Source of the DNA: Octopus sinensis
Taxonomy: Eukaryota
Direction of reading: 5' to 3'
NCBI RefSeq assembly: GCF_006345805.1
Contig: NW_021832837.1
Coordinates: 34,299-98,298, forward strand
DNA length: 64,000 nt
In this document: positions 35,618 through 48,419 of the stretch, piece by piece
Numbering within the stretch: the stretch's first letter is position 1
Layout: each line of letters opens with the position of its first letter
Program-made: the position numbers and the translations under genes
The notes under the pieces: model-generated
The model's input: only the letters and a program-made list of their open reading frames with translations
Databases searched by the model: none
Told to the model about the DNA's origin: nothing

Positions 35618-38600
35618 ATGGATCCGAGAAAGACGTATCTGGATAAGTAATTTTTAAAACTTAATTTTATAGACTTAAAGAAAACATGGAAAAATATAAA
35701 GTTAGGAAAAGTAAAATTGACATAAAAATAATAAATACCAGGCACTCCTATTGACACACAGATTCGATTTCCCCGAATTTCGGCCAGAACTCCTGATTTA
35801 GAATCTTTTACAAACAAAGAGTGCAACGGTTATAACCATTCCAATAAAATTACATAGATACGTCTAATTTTGAATTGACTACCCTAATGACGAAAAGACT
35901 GAAGTTACTTGAAAAAAAATGTCGTCTTCAAGAAAATGAAATTATTTCCAAAGTAACATTTTTAAACCAATACAATTAGAAGGGAGAACTTAAAATCTTA
36001 CACGAAAATTTGGAAAAAGTTAATAAGGGTATTTTAATGTCAAACTATATTTTATAGAAAAGAAATGTCTCTCAGAAATAAATCAAGAACTAAAAAAGCA
36101 AATTAATGAGATGGAGGTAAAACAACAAAATTAGTAATTTTAGACATTTTTAGGGGATTATGGATTGGTTTGGGTTGGAGAAAGCGATAAAAGCATTTTA
36201 AGTAAAGATAGTTTGGATTAATTGATAGAATCATCTCTGCTTGAATATGTTGATATGGAAAGTTACTACGACAATTTTATTAGAGCATTATCAAAGATAA
36301 ATGACTCGCTTTGTTCATATGTATTAATTTTAGCTAATTATATTTAATCAAAGTCAATAATTATAGTTAAAAACTAATTTTCAGAATTTAAAACGCATTC
36401 CAATATACATATATTCGAATGGATTCAAAATATCAACGAATCCATTTCGACTTTACTATGAGACAGATGCTTTGGAATTTATCAGCGAATTAATTGAGGG
36501 TTATTTTCCTACTGAATTACATCGGGACTATCCAAATGGATGTACGTTTGAAGTACATATACAACTGTATAAAATTTATAGATTTTTGATCGTCGTGACT
36601 TTGCACATATAGATGAGAAAAAGTCAAATATTTTTGACCTTTCTTCTATAAAGAATAACCCAGAAGGTTAATCTTGTCATACTATGTCACCGGCCACAAC
36701 TGTTACTCGCCAGATTTGTTAAACATCAAATTGTCAAGTTGGAAAAAACTTAAAACATGAATCCTTTGGATATTTCTATGAAATCAAGAAAACTTTAAAT
36801 TTTTAAAAATATTGATGTTTTTTTAATTACAATACACGTTAAAAATCGTTTAGTGCAAGTACAAAGGAGACTTAGAATTACTTAAGGAACTTAAGAGCAA
36901 TCCTGAGCTCGTATTCGTCAGGACGCTTCGCGGATGCAAAGATCAAGACTACTGAAATTAGCAATAAATTTGATTTTTTGGATGGAGCTCCATATATCAC
37001 TAAAGATGGACTTAAATTAAGATTTTTCTGCAGCGATGAAGCTGAACTAAAGATAATATTTGAAGTTTGCATAATAAATGTTTATTTCAATTGGCTGAAC
37101 ATAATTTAATCATTTTGGTCGAGACCGGTTGTTTTCAAATTGGCGCGCTTATACCACGGAATATCACGTGCAGAGATCAATCTGTCATAAAACGATGTAT
37201 TCCTTGCCAGTTTTATTTTTATAATTTTTAGTCAAAAAAATCTTGGCTACTACCAGTTACGCCGATCATTGCAAGGCGGAGTCGCGATCGTATATCGCCG
37301 ATTTAGTGGCCTAAGAGATATTCAGATATTATGATTCTTATAACGTTTTAAACTATAAGAGGCTTTTAAAATTTTTTTTATTAAAAAAAAGAATAATTAT
37401 TTAATAAAAAAAAGATATGGATAAGCCAAAAATAAATAATTGCTAAATAATTTAAAACTCATATTTTACACGGTATGTGGTTTTTTGGGAAAAAATTCAT
37501 GTTTCAGTCCAAATTTTTTCTATTCAGAAAAGCATATTTTTGCGAACAATTAGGTTATGCTTTGTATTAATTTTTAATTTAAAGTTTTTATTTCTATTTA
37601 TATGAATTTTTAGTGTAACCATCTGGCGGAGTAACAGTTGTGGCCTGTGACATAAAATATGATAAATTACTATATAATTTCTAAAAAAAATTATAAAAAT
37701 TATAAAACTATTTGATGAAATTTAACTATTTTTATTGATGTGATGAATAATTATTATCAAAAAGGTAATAATTTTTTAATAAGTCATTTCATTAATTAAG
37801 AAAAATAATACGTTATTTATCATATACTTGTTGTGGTTACACATAATGTCAAGAGTTAGCACCACATCTAGTTCCGATTCTAGAGAAAACTCCCACGATC
37901 GGTATCAATTATAAAACATTATTTAAACAGCGTTAGGAGTTCTAGATCTCGTCATCACCGTTCCCACAAAAGATACAGTACCGACGAACGTAGACAAAGA
38001 AGACGAGAATCTGAACATCGGAGACATCGCCGTAGCGAATATTCTCCCAAAAGAAAATCTTTTCGGTCAGAAAATCAGGAGGAGAGACACATTCCTGCCA
38101 ATCCGACCTGTACCATAATGATTCGTCACCTTCCAACGTTTATAACTGAAAAACATGTCAAAAAGCAACAAATGTACCAATTTTATAGATTATGGACGAA
38201 ATGGTCAAAGAATGTATTCCTGTCCAAGACATTCGAGTTATCAAACGAACTTTGAAAAAATTAGAAATCATTCAAGAACTGTATTGTTTTTAAATAATTT
38301 GTAGAAAGACGTCAGCCAATGGTTTTATTGACATTCATTGATCCTTCATAGTGATAACAAACGCTTCTTAGATTCACTAAATGAAAATGAGATAGGAATT
38401 AAGGTCTTAGGTTCTTCAAGGACTAGCATTCTTATAATTTGTCTGAAAACAGACAAATTGATAAATGTATTCAATGCAATCAAGGCAGAATGGTATTTTT
38501 AATTCAAATTTTCAAGCAATTTTGCCAATTTGGCAACAATATATATTCCAAAAATTGGAAAAATTTATCCTTCTGAAAAATCGATTCAAGATATCGGAAT

Positions 38601-38655
38601 AAAATATTCAACTGTAGTACATGTAAGAGAAGAACAGTTGGAAAATTTTACCTAA
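35618..38655 (+). CDS. UBXN11: UBXN11-like (coiled coil, SEP, UBX), interrupted between SEP and UBX
   Basis: EME.FLGDYGLVWVGE; SEP IPIYIYSNGF..PFRLY..LIEGYFPTELHRDYPNG; UBX-like C-terminus IGIKVLG..SIQDIGI..VVHVRE ending at 38655. Possibly a pseudogene. Confidence 0.7.
36685..37652 (+). mobile_element. Non-autonomous Ginger-like element (copy 4, third subfamily)
   Basis: ~30-bp TIRs TGTCAC(C/A)GGCCACAACTGTTACTC. Decayed KYKG..RLLKLANKF N-terminus and HHCC finger NHFGRDRL..IKRCIPCQ. Flanks TACTA / TAAAA do not match. Confidence 0.75.
37846..38251 (+). pseudogene. 5' fragment of an RBM5/RBM10-like gene (RS/H-rich N-terminus plus half an RRM)
   Basis: MSRVST..RSSRSRHHRSHKRY..TIMIRHLPTFITEKH|IMDEMV..VQDIRVIKRT with two intact micro-introns, then abruptly joins UBXN11 3' exons out of frame. 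Confidence 0.6.
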
Positions 38656-38715
38656 TCATTAAAATTAAAAAATTAATCATTTATAATGTAACTTTTTAAT
38701 GTCATGCCATAAAAC

Positions 38716-39589
38716 CAGTGATTCTCAAGTGCGGCCCCTAGGATTTAATTGAGGGGCTTATGTTTCTATAAATATTTTATTTTTTGTCACGTTTTTTTAT
38801 TTGTTGTTGTGATGTCGAATTCTAAACGTTTTTGAAAAATTTCCAAGGAAAATAGGATTTTTAAACTCATCTGGGAAGAAAAATATTTCATTATTGAGGT
38901 CAATGAAAGGCTTTTTGCCTAATATGCAATTCTATTATTGTAACTTTAAAAACGTATACAATCGAACGACACGATCCTTCCCACTCTATTCTTTATGACA
39001 AATTCACTGGCGTTTCTCGGACGAAAAAACTAAAACAAATGAAAGAAGATTATTTAAAGCGATCATTCACTTTCAAAAGTGGCACATATTCGTCTAATAT
39101 TAACCTGGCATCATACAAAATTAGTTACCCATTGGCTAAAAATATGAAGCCTTATTCTGATGGCGAATTATATAAAACGGAAATCGAAATATTTGCATCG
39201 GAATGTTGTTCGCCCGCTGTTTTCGATATTACACACAAGTTACCTCTAAATAACGATACTAAAATTAGGAAATAATACCGCAATGAACTAACGGATATCC
39301 ATCTAAGTCAGATGTTGCGAATTTCAACATCTAATATCGTACCAGATTTTGAAAACATAACAAAATAGTTTATAAATTCTTTCATTCATTGATATAACAA
39401 ATGTGCGGCGATAGGACGCAGCTCTAAATTGCATGTACACAGTAAAACAAAAATCATATGTATTTTCTTCAGTTCAGCCTGAAATAACAAATATCTTATC
39501 TTCTTTAAGTTGACAAAAAAATGTGCGGCCCCTATAAATAAAAAATTTTATTTTTGCGGCCCCTGCCTCAAAATTCTTGAGAACCACTG
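38716..39589 (+). mobile_element. hAT (Buster-like) deletion derivative
   Basis: TIRs CAGTGATTCTCAAG / CTTGAGAACCACTG, TSD CCATAAAC, remnant ASYKISY.LAKNMKPYSDGE. Confidence 0.85.
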
Positions 39590-39597
39590 CCATAAAC

Positions 39598-39926
39598 AAA
39601 CGGTTCTCAGCCGTTGTCTCCAGAAAATTTTTAGTGGTTCCCAGAAATTTTTAAAAAATAAAAATATATTAAAGTTAAAACTCATGCGAATATCTTTATC
39701 GAAGATAGAGGCTGACATAATTAAAATTATTCTGAACAAACAAGATCAGAAATCTCACTGAATTACTGTTAAATTGTCTGTCATTTTCATACAATAAATA
39801 GTCAAACATGTTTAAATCTGCTTTTTACGAGGCCAAGCAAAAAATGTTGATTTTATTCAAGATTGTCTCCGCAAAATTTCATAGCGTAAAAGAGGTTCCC
39901 AGTCTAAAAAAGGTTGAGAACCGCTG
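39598..39926 (+). mobile_element. Second hAT MITE-like derivative
   Basis: Degenerate left TIR AAACGGTTCTCAGCC, right TIR GGTTGAGAACCGCTG, TSD CCATAAAC on both sides, remnant of the dimerisation-domain end. Confidence 0.75.
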
Positions 39927-40711
39927 CCATAAACAAATATACAGTGTCGCTATATAAATAGTATTGCGCCTTTTGATTTCGAAACTATTGATCTGCGAAT
40001 CATGGGGTTTGCTCGACTCCTGCAAAATACACTTAAAGCCGACAAAAAAGGAGAGTTTTTATTTTTATAAAAAAAAACTTTGGAAGAGGATTAACTTTGA
40101 TTGTCTGTAAAAGTGAATTGATGTTATTCAAGTTTCAAAAAAGCTATGAAAGAATGTCTTTAGTATGCCTGATGAGGTCGGGAATTTTGCAATCAATTAA
40201 AACAAATAAATTGCACTTATCGACGATCACAGGATTTCTAGCTTGTAAATATAGTACAGTTTCGTATTTTGGTTCATGCCAGTTATAAATGGTATTTTTC
40301 ATAGTCTTTTTTTTAATTTTAAAGCATTTTTGTCAAATTATTTTTATTAGCACAAGATTTTATTTCTCTCAAAGATTTTAACAAAAATTTCTTGTCCCAA
40401 CGTGAAATTGATAAAAGGCACAACTTGAGTAAATGTTCGGTAAATTATTTGCTTATTTTAGGTACCATTTCTCCGCTTAAAAAGCGTTTCACCTGTCTTA
40501 ATGATCAAAGTAATAATAAGTACCCTTCAGACCAATCAATACAAAATGATTCAAACTTGTTTAATTTATCGGATATAGACAAGATGTTGGCTATAAGTGA
40601 AATATTTAAAAATTGGAAATTTTGGCGCCCCAAAACAGGATCGGACTGTATGATGTAATTAAGATTTTTTATTTATAGAAATAAGAATCAAATTTTATTT
40701 TTTTCCAAAAA

Positions 40712-43700
40712 TTATTTATGGCTTTTAGATTCGAGAATAATGTTTTGAAATAATTTAAATGTAAATTTTTTTCTCCAAATTTTTTGAATAAGACGCGCTG
40801 CTGCCTCTTCTCTCTTCCTTTGCGACGTATTAGATTTTACCTTTCAAATTAGATTTTATAAAAAAAACTGCCAAGTTGTCCTTTTTTGGAATAAGTTTAT
40901 TCCTTAGGCGATTTATTATTCTATCAATTTTATGATTTGTATAATTAGTCAAATTTGATTCAAAATGATTACGAATGAGTTTTTCGAAAAGGTCTACTCT
41001 GTTAATAACATCTCCCTCATAAATTGGTAATTTCATTAATCCAATTTTGACTTCGTTTGGGTATGGAATTTTCAAGGGACGACATAAAGAATTTAAAATT
41101 TTGGATAGATCCTTGAGATTAAGTAAATAGCAATTTTTATTTTTAGCGAATTTGTTGCAAGTTCGTTCAAAGTTTGATAAAGACGAATAACTAACTCCAA
41201 TATAATTCTCTTGATCATAAAAATGTTCAAAATTATTAATTATAATGGCCACATAAGTGTTTATAATTATAATCTTTGTAATAAAGATGAAGGACACAAA
41301 AAAGATAACAATCAAACTTTTTGAAGCACAGAATGTAGCAACTGTGGCCGAACAGAGTTCTGTGCTTTTTAATAACGAATCAAGGATTTCATTCCAGCCT
41401 GAGGCCGATGTAGCCAATTCAAATAACAAAAAAAAACTTGATGCAAAAGTATCAAAATTTAGAATATCGTTGATAATTCCAATATGCTTCAAATCACCAA
41501 ATAAAATCATCCCGATGGTAGAGTAAATAAATATGATTGTCAGTAAAAGTATTGCCACATTGATCAATGCTGGTATACTTATTATCAATGGCTTTACTAA
41601 AATTTTCATTTGTCTTCCAAACTTTGTGGTATTCAACAATCGTGTCTTGCGAATGGAAAATATAATTCTCAAAGAACCAACTTCAACATAAGCACGTGAT
41701 ATATATCCAGTGGAATCTAAATAATGACGAAATAGAAGTCCTATAAATAAATAGGCTAGAGAAAACCCAAAGAGCTGATTATGATAATGATGAAATCTGC
41801 AATTTCGTAAGTATTTTGAAAAAATCCGACTCCTTCGCCAACGATCCGTAAAGATATTTCGAATAAAAAAATGATTGAAAAAGCAATTCTTAGAGAATTG
41901 ACAGCAACGGCTTTGGAGTTAGAAAATTCGTTATATTTATGGGAATCGTCGTATGACCGAAATGCTTCGTTGATTATAAAAAAGAAAATAATAAAAGTTG
42001 TCAATATACTGAAATATCGAGAATGGATAATCTTGCGAATAAGTTTTGAAAATTGGTTCTAATTAAATTTAGTTCTAAAAATATTACTTTCGGGTATTTG
42101 TAAAAACATTTTGGTTTTCGTTCAAAATATTTTTTTAGTATTTGAAAAAAATGCCTTTGAGATTTTGTAATGAGAACGTCGATGATTCTTTTCTCTCCAT
42201 ACTAAATAAGTTATATCGATTTTTATTCTACCCTGCGCTTTAAACTGATAAACTGTTCAATAATTACACTTATTAACAAATTGAGGCAGAAAAAGCTTCC
42301 AATAAAAATAAATACGATAAAGTAGATATAAGCATATAAGGAAGCTTCGTATCGTGGCTGAGAATCTATCTAAATAGGCTATACTATTATTTTTTCTAAC
42401 ATTTGTAGAATCAACGGCGTCTTCCATAATCTCGATCCATCCTTCGAATGTTGCCTATAAATAAACAAACTTCACAAATTCTAACAAACCACTTGGAAAA
42501 GAGATAAAAATCCCTGTAATACATTGTCAAAGTTAATCAATGAATTTTCCCATTTGATGTTGGTTCCAGCAACCAGTGATCTTTGCTGCGGCGTTGGTAA
42601 CCAATTGGGACTTGTAAGAAATATGCAGGATGATTTGTTAGTTACATTAAGGATTGTACTATACGCAGGGCTTAACTTTGTTCCATCAATCGTGCATTTA
42701 TAAAATTTCCCTGCAAATAACTGTACGCCCATAATTGCAAATATTAGCCAGATTATGAAACAAACAACCATCACATTTGCAATTGAAGGTAATGAAAATA
42801 TAATTGAATTGACAACGATCTAACATCTGAATTAAAGTTTATTTACTTGCATTCCTTCCCATCGAGATATCACACAAAGAGGACGAATTGCTCTTAAGGA
42901 TCTGAACGACTTCAGAGAAGATGTAGAAGAAAATATATTATTGAAAGTTACCCACGAAATCTTAAAGACAGGTCAAATTAAAAAAAACTTACAACAACGT
43001 TGAAAAAATCAAGGATTGTCCAAAACGTGGTAAAATAGTTTGTGAATCCAAAAGCAAATAACTTAAGAAACATCTCAACTGTAAATAAGACGGTTATTAT
43101 TGAAGTTATTATGTTCGAAATTTGCTGTAGCTGAACTCTCTCTGGAAAATATTTATCTTCCAATGCCTACAACCGAATTATTTTATGGATTAGATACAAG
43201 TAGAACACTGCTAATTCCAATAAGTAGAATTATAAAAATTTCAAAATATTTATTTGAGACCAGTTTTAAACACTTTTCTCTGAACTTTTTAAATTTTAAA
43301 AACGAACAAGTCATTTTGCGTTTTAAAACAAAATTTTTCCAAGTATTAAAACTTTGATAAAGATAAAAATTCAACCTATTAAAAAATTTTGGAAAACAAG
43401 GATTTAATTTGATCAGGTTTTCTGAATTATTCGAGAATATACTATCATATGATTTTTTCTTTTTCAGATTTTCGTTTTTTGCACTTATTGAAAGATGTGA
43501 TATTTTGTTTGAAGGCCGCGACTTTATCTGTAATCGAAAGTTATAAAAATAAATAAAAACATTATTTTTAAATTTTAAGGCGCTTCGAAAATAGTTTATC
43601 ATGTGGATCCAGATTGATTTTGACTCTGCTTCCTTTTTTAGCTTACTCTGATCAAAAGAATCTAACAAAAGTGCCAAGAACAAATTTAATATCTGAAAAA

Positions 43701-46121
43701 ATTAATAAAATTTTAAAATACCATATATGAACATAGAATTTGTGCTGGAATGATGATAGCTACACATTGTATTCCGGATGCCTGCATGCAGTCCCAAAGA
43801 GGCTCAATCCATTCACCACACATTACTCGAAATATAAACATGAAAGAATGGAAAAAATCAACAAAGTTCCACCTAAAAATAAACTTATTGTATAACCTAG
43901 GCAAATTTTCTCCGTAATAATTTTCATATGAAACACGGAATAAATGTAGCCCGAAAACAGAAAAAGTATAAATGACTATAAGTAATATGAGAATAATGTT
44001 GGCAAGTTGTCTCAGTGATGATGTCATTGTCGTGACAAGCATGTTCATTGTCGTCCAAGATTTTGTTAACTTAAATATTCTAAGCTTTAAAAATATGTCA
44101 CAAAAATAGTCACAAGTTTAAGTAAACGCAACGGAGTAGTTGACCCGTCTGTTAAAATTGAGATTTCAACATATCCAACTATAATTATCAGCAGGTCAAA
44201 AATATTCCACATTGACCTGAAAAACCGTAGATAGTAAATAAAAAGTTTCAAAAGTATTTCCACTGTATATATTCCGGTGAATATCTAAATACTTTTTGAG
44301 TATTTATTTACGTAATTTCCGTATTGCAAATATTGCGAAATCCCTGTGGATTTGGGATATTGTTCTAGAGCCATTGATATTGTGTTAATGAAAATGATGA
44401 CACCGATTGAAATGTCAAAGCTTGGATGTTCCACAAACTTTTTCAACTTAGTTCTTATTGGTCCAATATTTTCAAATTTCTCTTTGTAATCTACTTTTCT
44501 CAATTTTTTTCTTGGATTATTTTAGACAACTCGATTGTTTTTGGAATAGAAATTCTTTTCGGAGGATTTTGCAGATCATAAATAGGCTTCCCTTTGTAGA
44601 AAATGACGAGATTTCGCGGCGAGTAAGTCCAATATTTATTTTTTTGTTTCTATAAAATTTTAAATGATTAAAAAACAGAAAAGTTGGCCACTCGACTATA
44701 TGAAATAGAAATAACAGCTAACATTATATTGAACAGATACAATGACCCAATCATAACAAGTGGAAATACATACAAAAATACGAAATACCCATTTGATTCT
44801 TGCAACTAAGATATTCAATTTTAAAAAAATTCAATACCAAATGATTTAAATTCTCCCAATAGTCCAAAGTCAGCAATTGGAAATTATTTAAAATAGACCA
44901 CCCAAACTGATCGAATGTTGAATAGCCAAAATTTGGGTTATCGCCGGTCGAAATGCACGTATAATTTGTTGGACAAGATCTTAAAATGTATAAGTGAATT
45001 TATGTACCTAGAAGTAGTAATATTTCCACATACATAATATTTTGAGGATGAGGAATCTATATTTAGCAACCAATTGTCTAAAAATAATGTTTTATGAAAC
45101 TTGTGTCACTAATCCACAATTTCCATTGAGATGAATTAAATAAATTTACAGGCATTTTTAAGCATTTTTGTCTTAGTGTTCCTGCAAATATTTGCTTCGA
45201 AATAAGAGATAAAATCGTAAGAGTGATGAAAAAAAGCACAAAAATGTTTATAAGTATTTTCAAAGCTCTGGTTATTGAAGAAATTATTTCTCTTACTCCT
45301 AAAATATAATTTAAAGTTTGACAACCCCGAAATAAATTTAGCAACTTTAATACTCGAAAAACTCGTAAAGCCTTTATAAAGTCAATGTTTGTATTGCTAT
45401 TTAATATTAATTTGAGGACGAACAATTCAAATAGGCTAAGAATGTAATTATGATAATACGCTATGACGACTATCAAAAAGTCGATGATATTTTGAGTATT
45501 TCTGAGGTAAGTATAGGGTCCAAAGATGAAGCCGCGGACAATAATGGCCATTATCATTTCTATAAGGTACGCAGACACAAAAAAATATCTAAAATATATT
45601 AGAAATTTAATACTCTGCATATTCGTAAGAATTATTCATGGCAAGAGTAATCATGTTGGATATTATTAATAGTATTATAAAAATTTCAAATATTGGATTT
45701 TTCATCACATATAGCAACCATTTGCGGACTGGATTGATCGCATCAAAAATAAAAAGTGATTTGGCTGCAGAGTAACGGTTAATTATAAAATTTTTCTTTT
45801 TTGAAATGACAACAAATGTCTATCAACTAAAAAAGAAATAATTACAGGATCAGAAATAAATGGATCTAATTCTTCGATCGGTTTATTCACTAAAGAGCGA
45901 GGAAAAGACCCAAATTTAGAAGGTAACTCGGAATCTCTAGTAAGTTCTGGAGAATATTCAGGAACAGGCACTTCAAATTGAGACAGTAAAGTCCAGTTTC
46001 CGCTTATTCTAGTGGAGTCTATTTTTTCTGATTTCAATATTTTTAGAAAATTTTGTTTTGCAATGAGTTTTTCGTTTGATGCTTTTGTGAATGGAATAAA
46101 AGGCGAATCATTATTTTCCAT
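40712..46121 (-). CDS. Four-domain voltage-gated Na/Ca channel alpha subunit, Nav2-type (DEEA-like filter)
   Basis: Four 6-TM repeats. Pore loops [30 protein letters not shown]4s [35 protein letters not shown] motif [11 protein letters not shown]. 3' end approximate. Confidence 0.92.
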
Positions 46122-46809
46122 TAAAGCTAAGAGGTTTGCGACTTAATTATGCTCGATAAGTCATTATAAAGAGTAAACTTTAGAAATATTGACGATTAAT
46201 GACATATTCTCGAACAAAGAATTATTTAAAAAAATAAAGAAAAATAAATTGATCAACACGACATCAAAGATATCGATATTATGTTTAAATTTCATTGTAT
46301 TTTTCTAAATATCGATATCGACAAATAATTTTTTAAAGTGTATATTCACTAAATGTGATGTCGGATTAAAATTATATACTTAATTATAAAATGACTGTTC
46401 TACAATAATATATTTATTTATTTAAAACAATAAAATAAACTATATTAAATATGAAAATATAAATTAACGAATCATTTTAAATTACTTTAGCAACCAATAA
46501 TATTTATTTATAACAAAATATCATTTTGCCTATTGCTATCATTAAAAGCATATAAGATAATTATATTCAAAAAACGACTTAACTGATTTATAGTCTATTG
46601 AATTGTTTAATATCTTCTATTCATTTTCACATCAAATATAATAGATACAAGATTAAATTAGAATTTCACGTCTAATATGAACAAAGAATATAAATTTATT
46701 GTTCAGAAAATTTGCCTAGCAATCGTGAACAATTGTAAAAAATAAAGTCGATGATTAAACTGTAATTCGATACCCCTTTAATCAGCAAATGAAAATTTAT
46801 ACAATAGAC

Positions 46810-47616
46810 CAGGGGTATCAAACTCATTTTGGTTCAGGGGCCGCGTTTATAATAATTTTTCATCAAGGAAAAATTATTTGTTTATTTTAGAAAATAGAGA
46901 ATAGAGGAGGAGATATATTTCCCGTCTGGTTCTTTTAGTGAAATTTCAAATCCTTTGGCATCATTTCTGGTAAGGCGTTGATATGCTTTCCAGAAATTAG
47001 GGTTTCGCTTATCCAGTTTTCTGCATTCAGACCTCCATTTACTTTCGACCTCAGTCTTGGCCATTTTTGCAATAGTAGATTTTATCTTGTCGATCTCCAA
47101 TTTCAGGCGGCATTGATTGACTCAACCCGACATCTTCTCCTGCGATTTTCCAGGGTACCTTTCGTTCTGATCAGAGTGACAAGTTTCGAATTCATCCGCT
47201 TTTGCGTTCCTTTGGGTTTCCATACATTTTTTAATGCATAAACATCCAGGAATTTTATGATTGACGATCTAAGGTGATCATCGAGATTGTCAATATCATC
47301 TCTGCTTCTCAGAGGCTGGGACACGACATTTCGAAGAGAATCCCGCATATATGATTCGAATAAACTCCAGTTCATGTTCACGAGGTTGTAACCAATGAAC
47401 AAGTCCTCCGTAACATTCATAGTCATCTTTATCAACATCGTCTATTCTATTCTATTCTAATAATGTTTGTTTATTTTAATTTATTTTTGAAATAAACACG
47501 TTATCAAACAAGATTTACAATAAACTAATTATTAACAAAATAATTAAAATTAAAAATATTTTATATTTTAAAGGCTCGCGGGCCGCACCCATACAGCCGC
47601 ATGTTTGATACCCGTG
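46810..47616. mobile_element. hAT MITE with nested LINE fragment
   Basis: TIRs CAGGGGTATCAAAC / GTTTGATACCCGTG, 8-bp TSD CAATAGAC (46802-46809 / 47617-47624). Confidence 0.9.
46890..47465 (-). mobile_element. LINE (APE-RT linker) fragment inserted in the MITE
   Basis: NW..F..I..A..KW.SEC.KL..NFWK linker-like peptide. 13-bp TSD TTTGTTTATTTTA (46877-46889 / 47466-47478). Confidence 0.6.
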
Positions 47617-48419
47617 CAATAGACTTTGACATTTTCAATTTTTAATTGCTAATAAAAATGTACAAATTTAGCAAAAAATAGATTGTGTACATAAACATGA
47701 TATAAAGAACAAATGCATCATTTATGAATGTTTTTTTGTACTTAAAAATATGCACAAAAATTACAGTGACGTGAATTAGTTCTGATTTTTTAGAGTATTA
47801 AATAAGGCTAAGTTACGATAATCATTTATGTTACTTTAAAAAAAGTTCCAGTTTTTTAAATTTAATCAAATCAAAAATTTTAAATATACAAAATAGGAAC
47901 ATTATTCAACACACCAAAATGAATTACAGATAGTATCTTTGACTTTATAATTTTATAATGTATCACAGATCGTGATTAAATTAAATTTCTTGAAATTTCC
48001 ACAGATTCGCCTACTTTAGTTATTCGAGTGGCTGATCTAACTTTTAGATTAAATTAAAATTCTATTTTTTTTTCTTATGGAACGGCAAATCTGAGAAAAA
48101 TTCCTTACAGTTTGATTTTTTAATTTTGAAAATTTAAAGTATTCTATAAATAACAGCATGTGCCAGTTTCCAATGTTATGAACGTGACGCTATGGATGTT
48201 CCAGAGGATCTCGGCTGAGATTATGAGCTGGAACTGAATGGCTATCCAAAGAACGGCCAATTCGCCTGAAATGACTCGATAAAAGTCTTAAAATCTGAAA
48301 ATTTATTTAAATTATTTAATAACAATTCTGTCAATTTAGTAAATAAAATCCACTTTATTTTGGAAAAATTTATGATAATGAATCAAGTATAAAATTTTCG
48401 TATTGATAAAGAAAGGGAA

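Noticed and set aside
40392-40658. Plus-strand 88-aa ORF downstream of the channel
   Set aside because: No recognisable features. It may be 3' UTR or an unmodelled channel C-terminal exon on the other strand.
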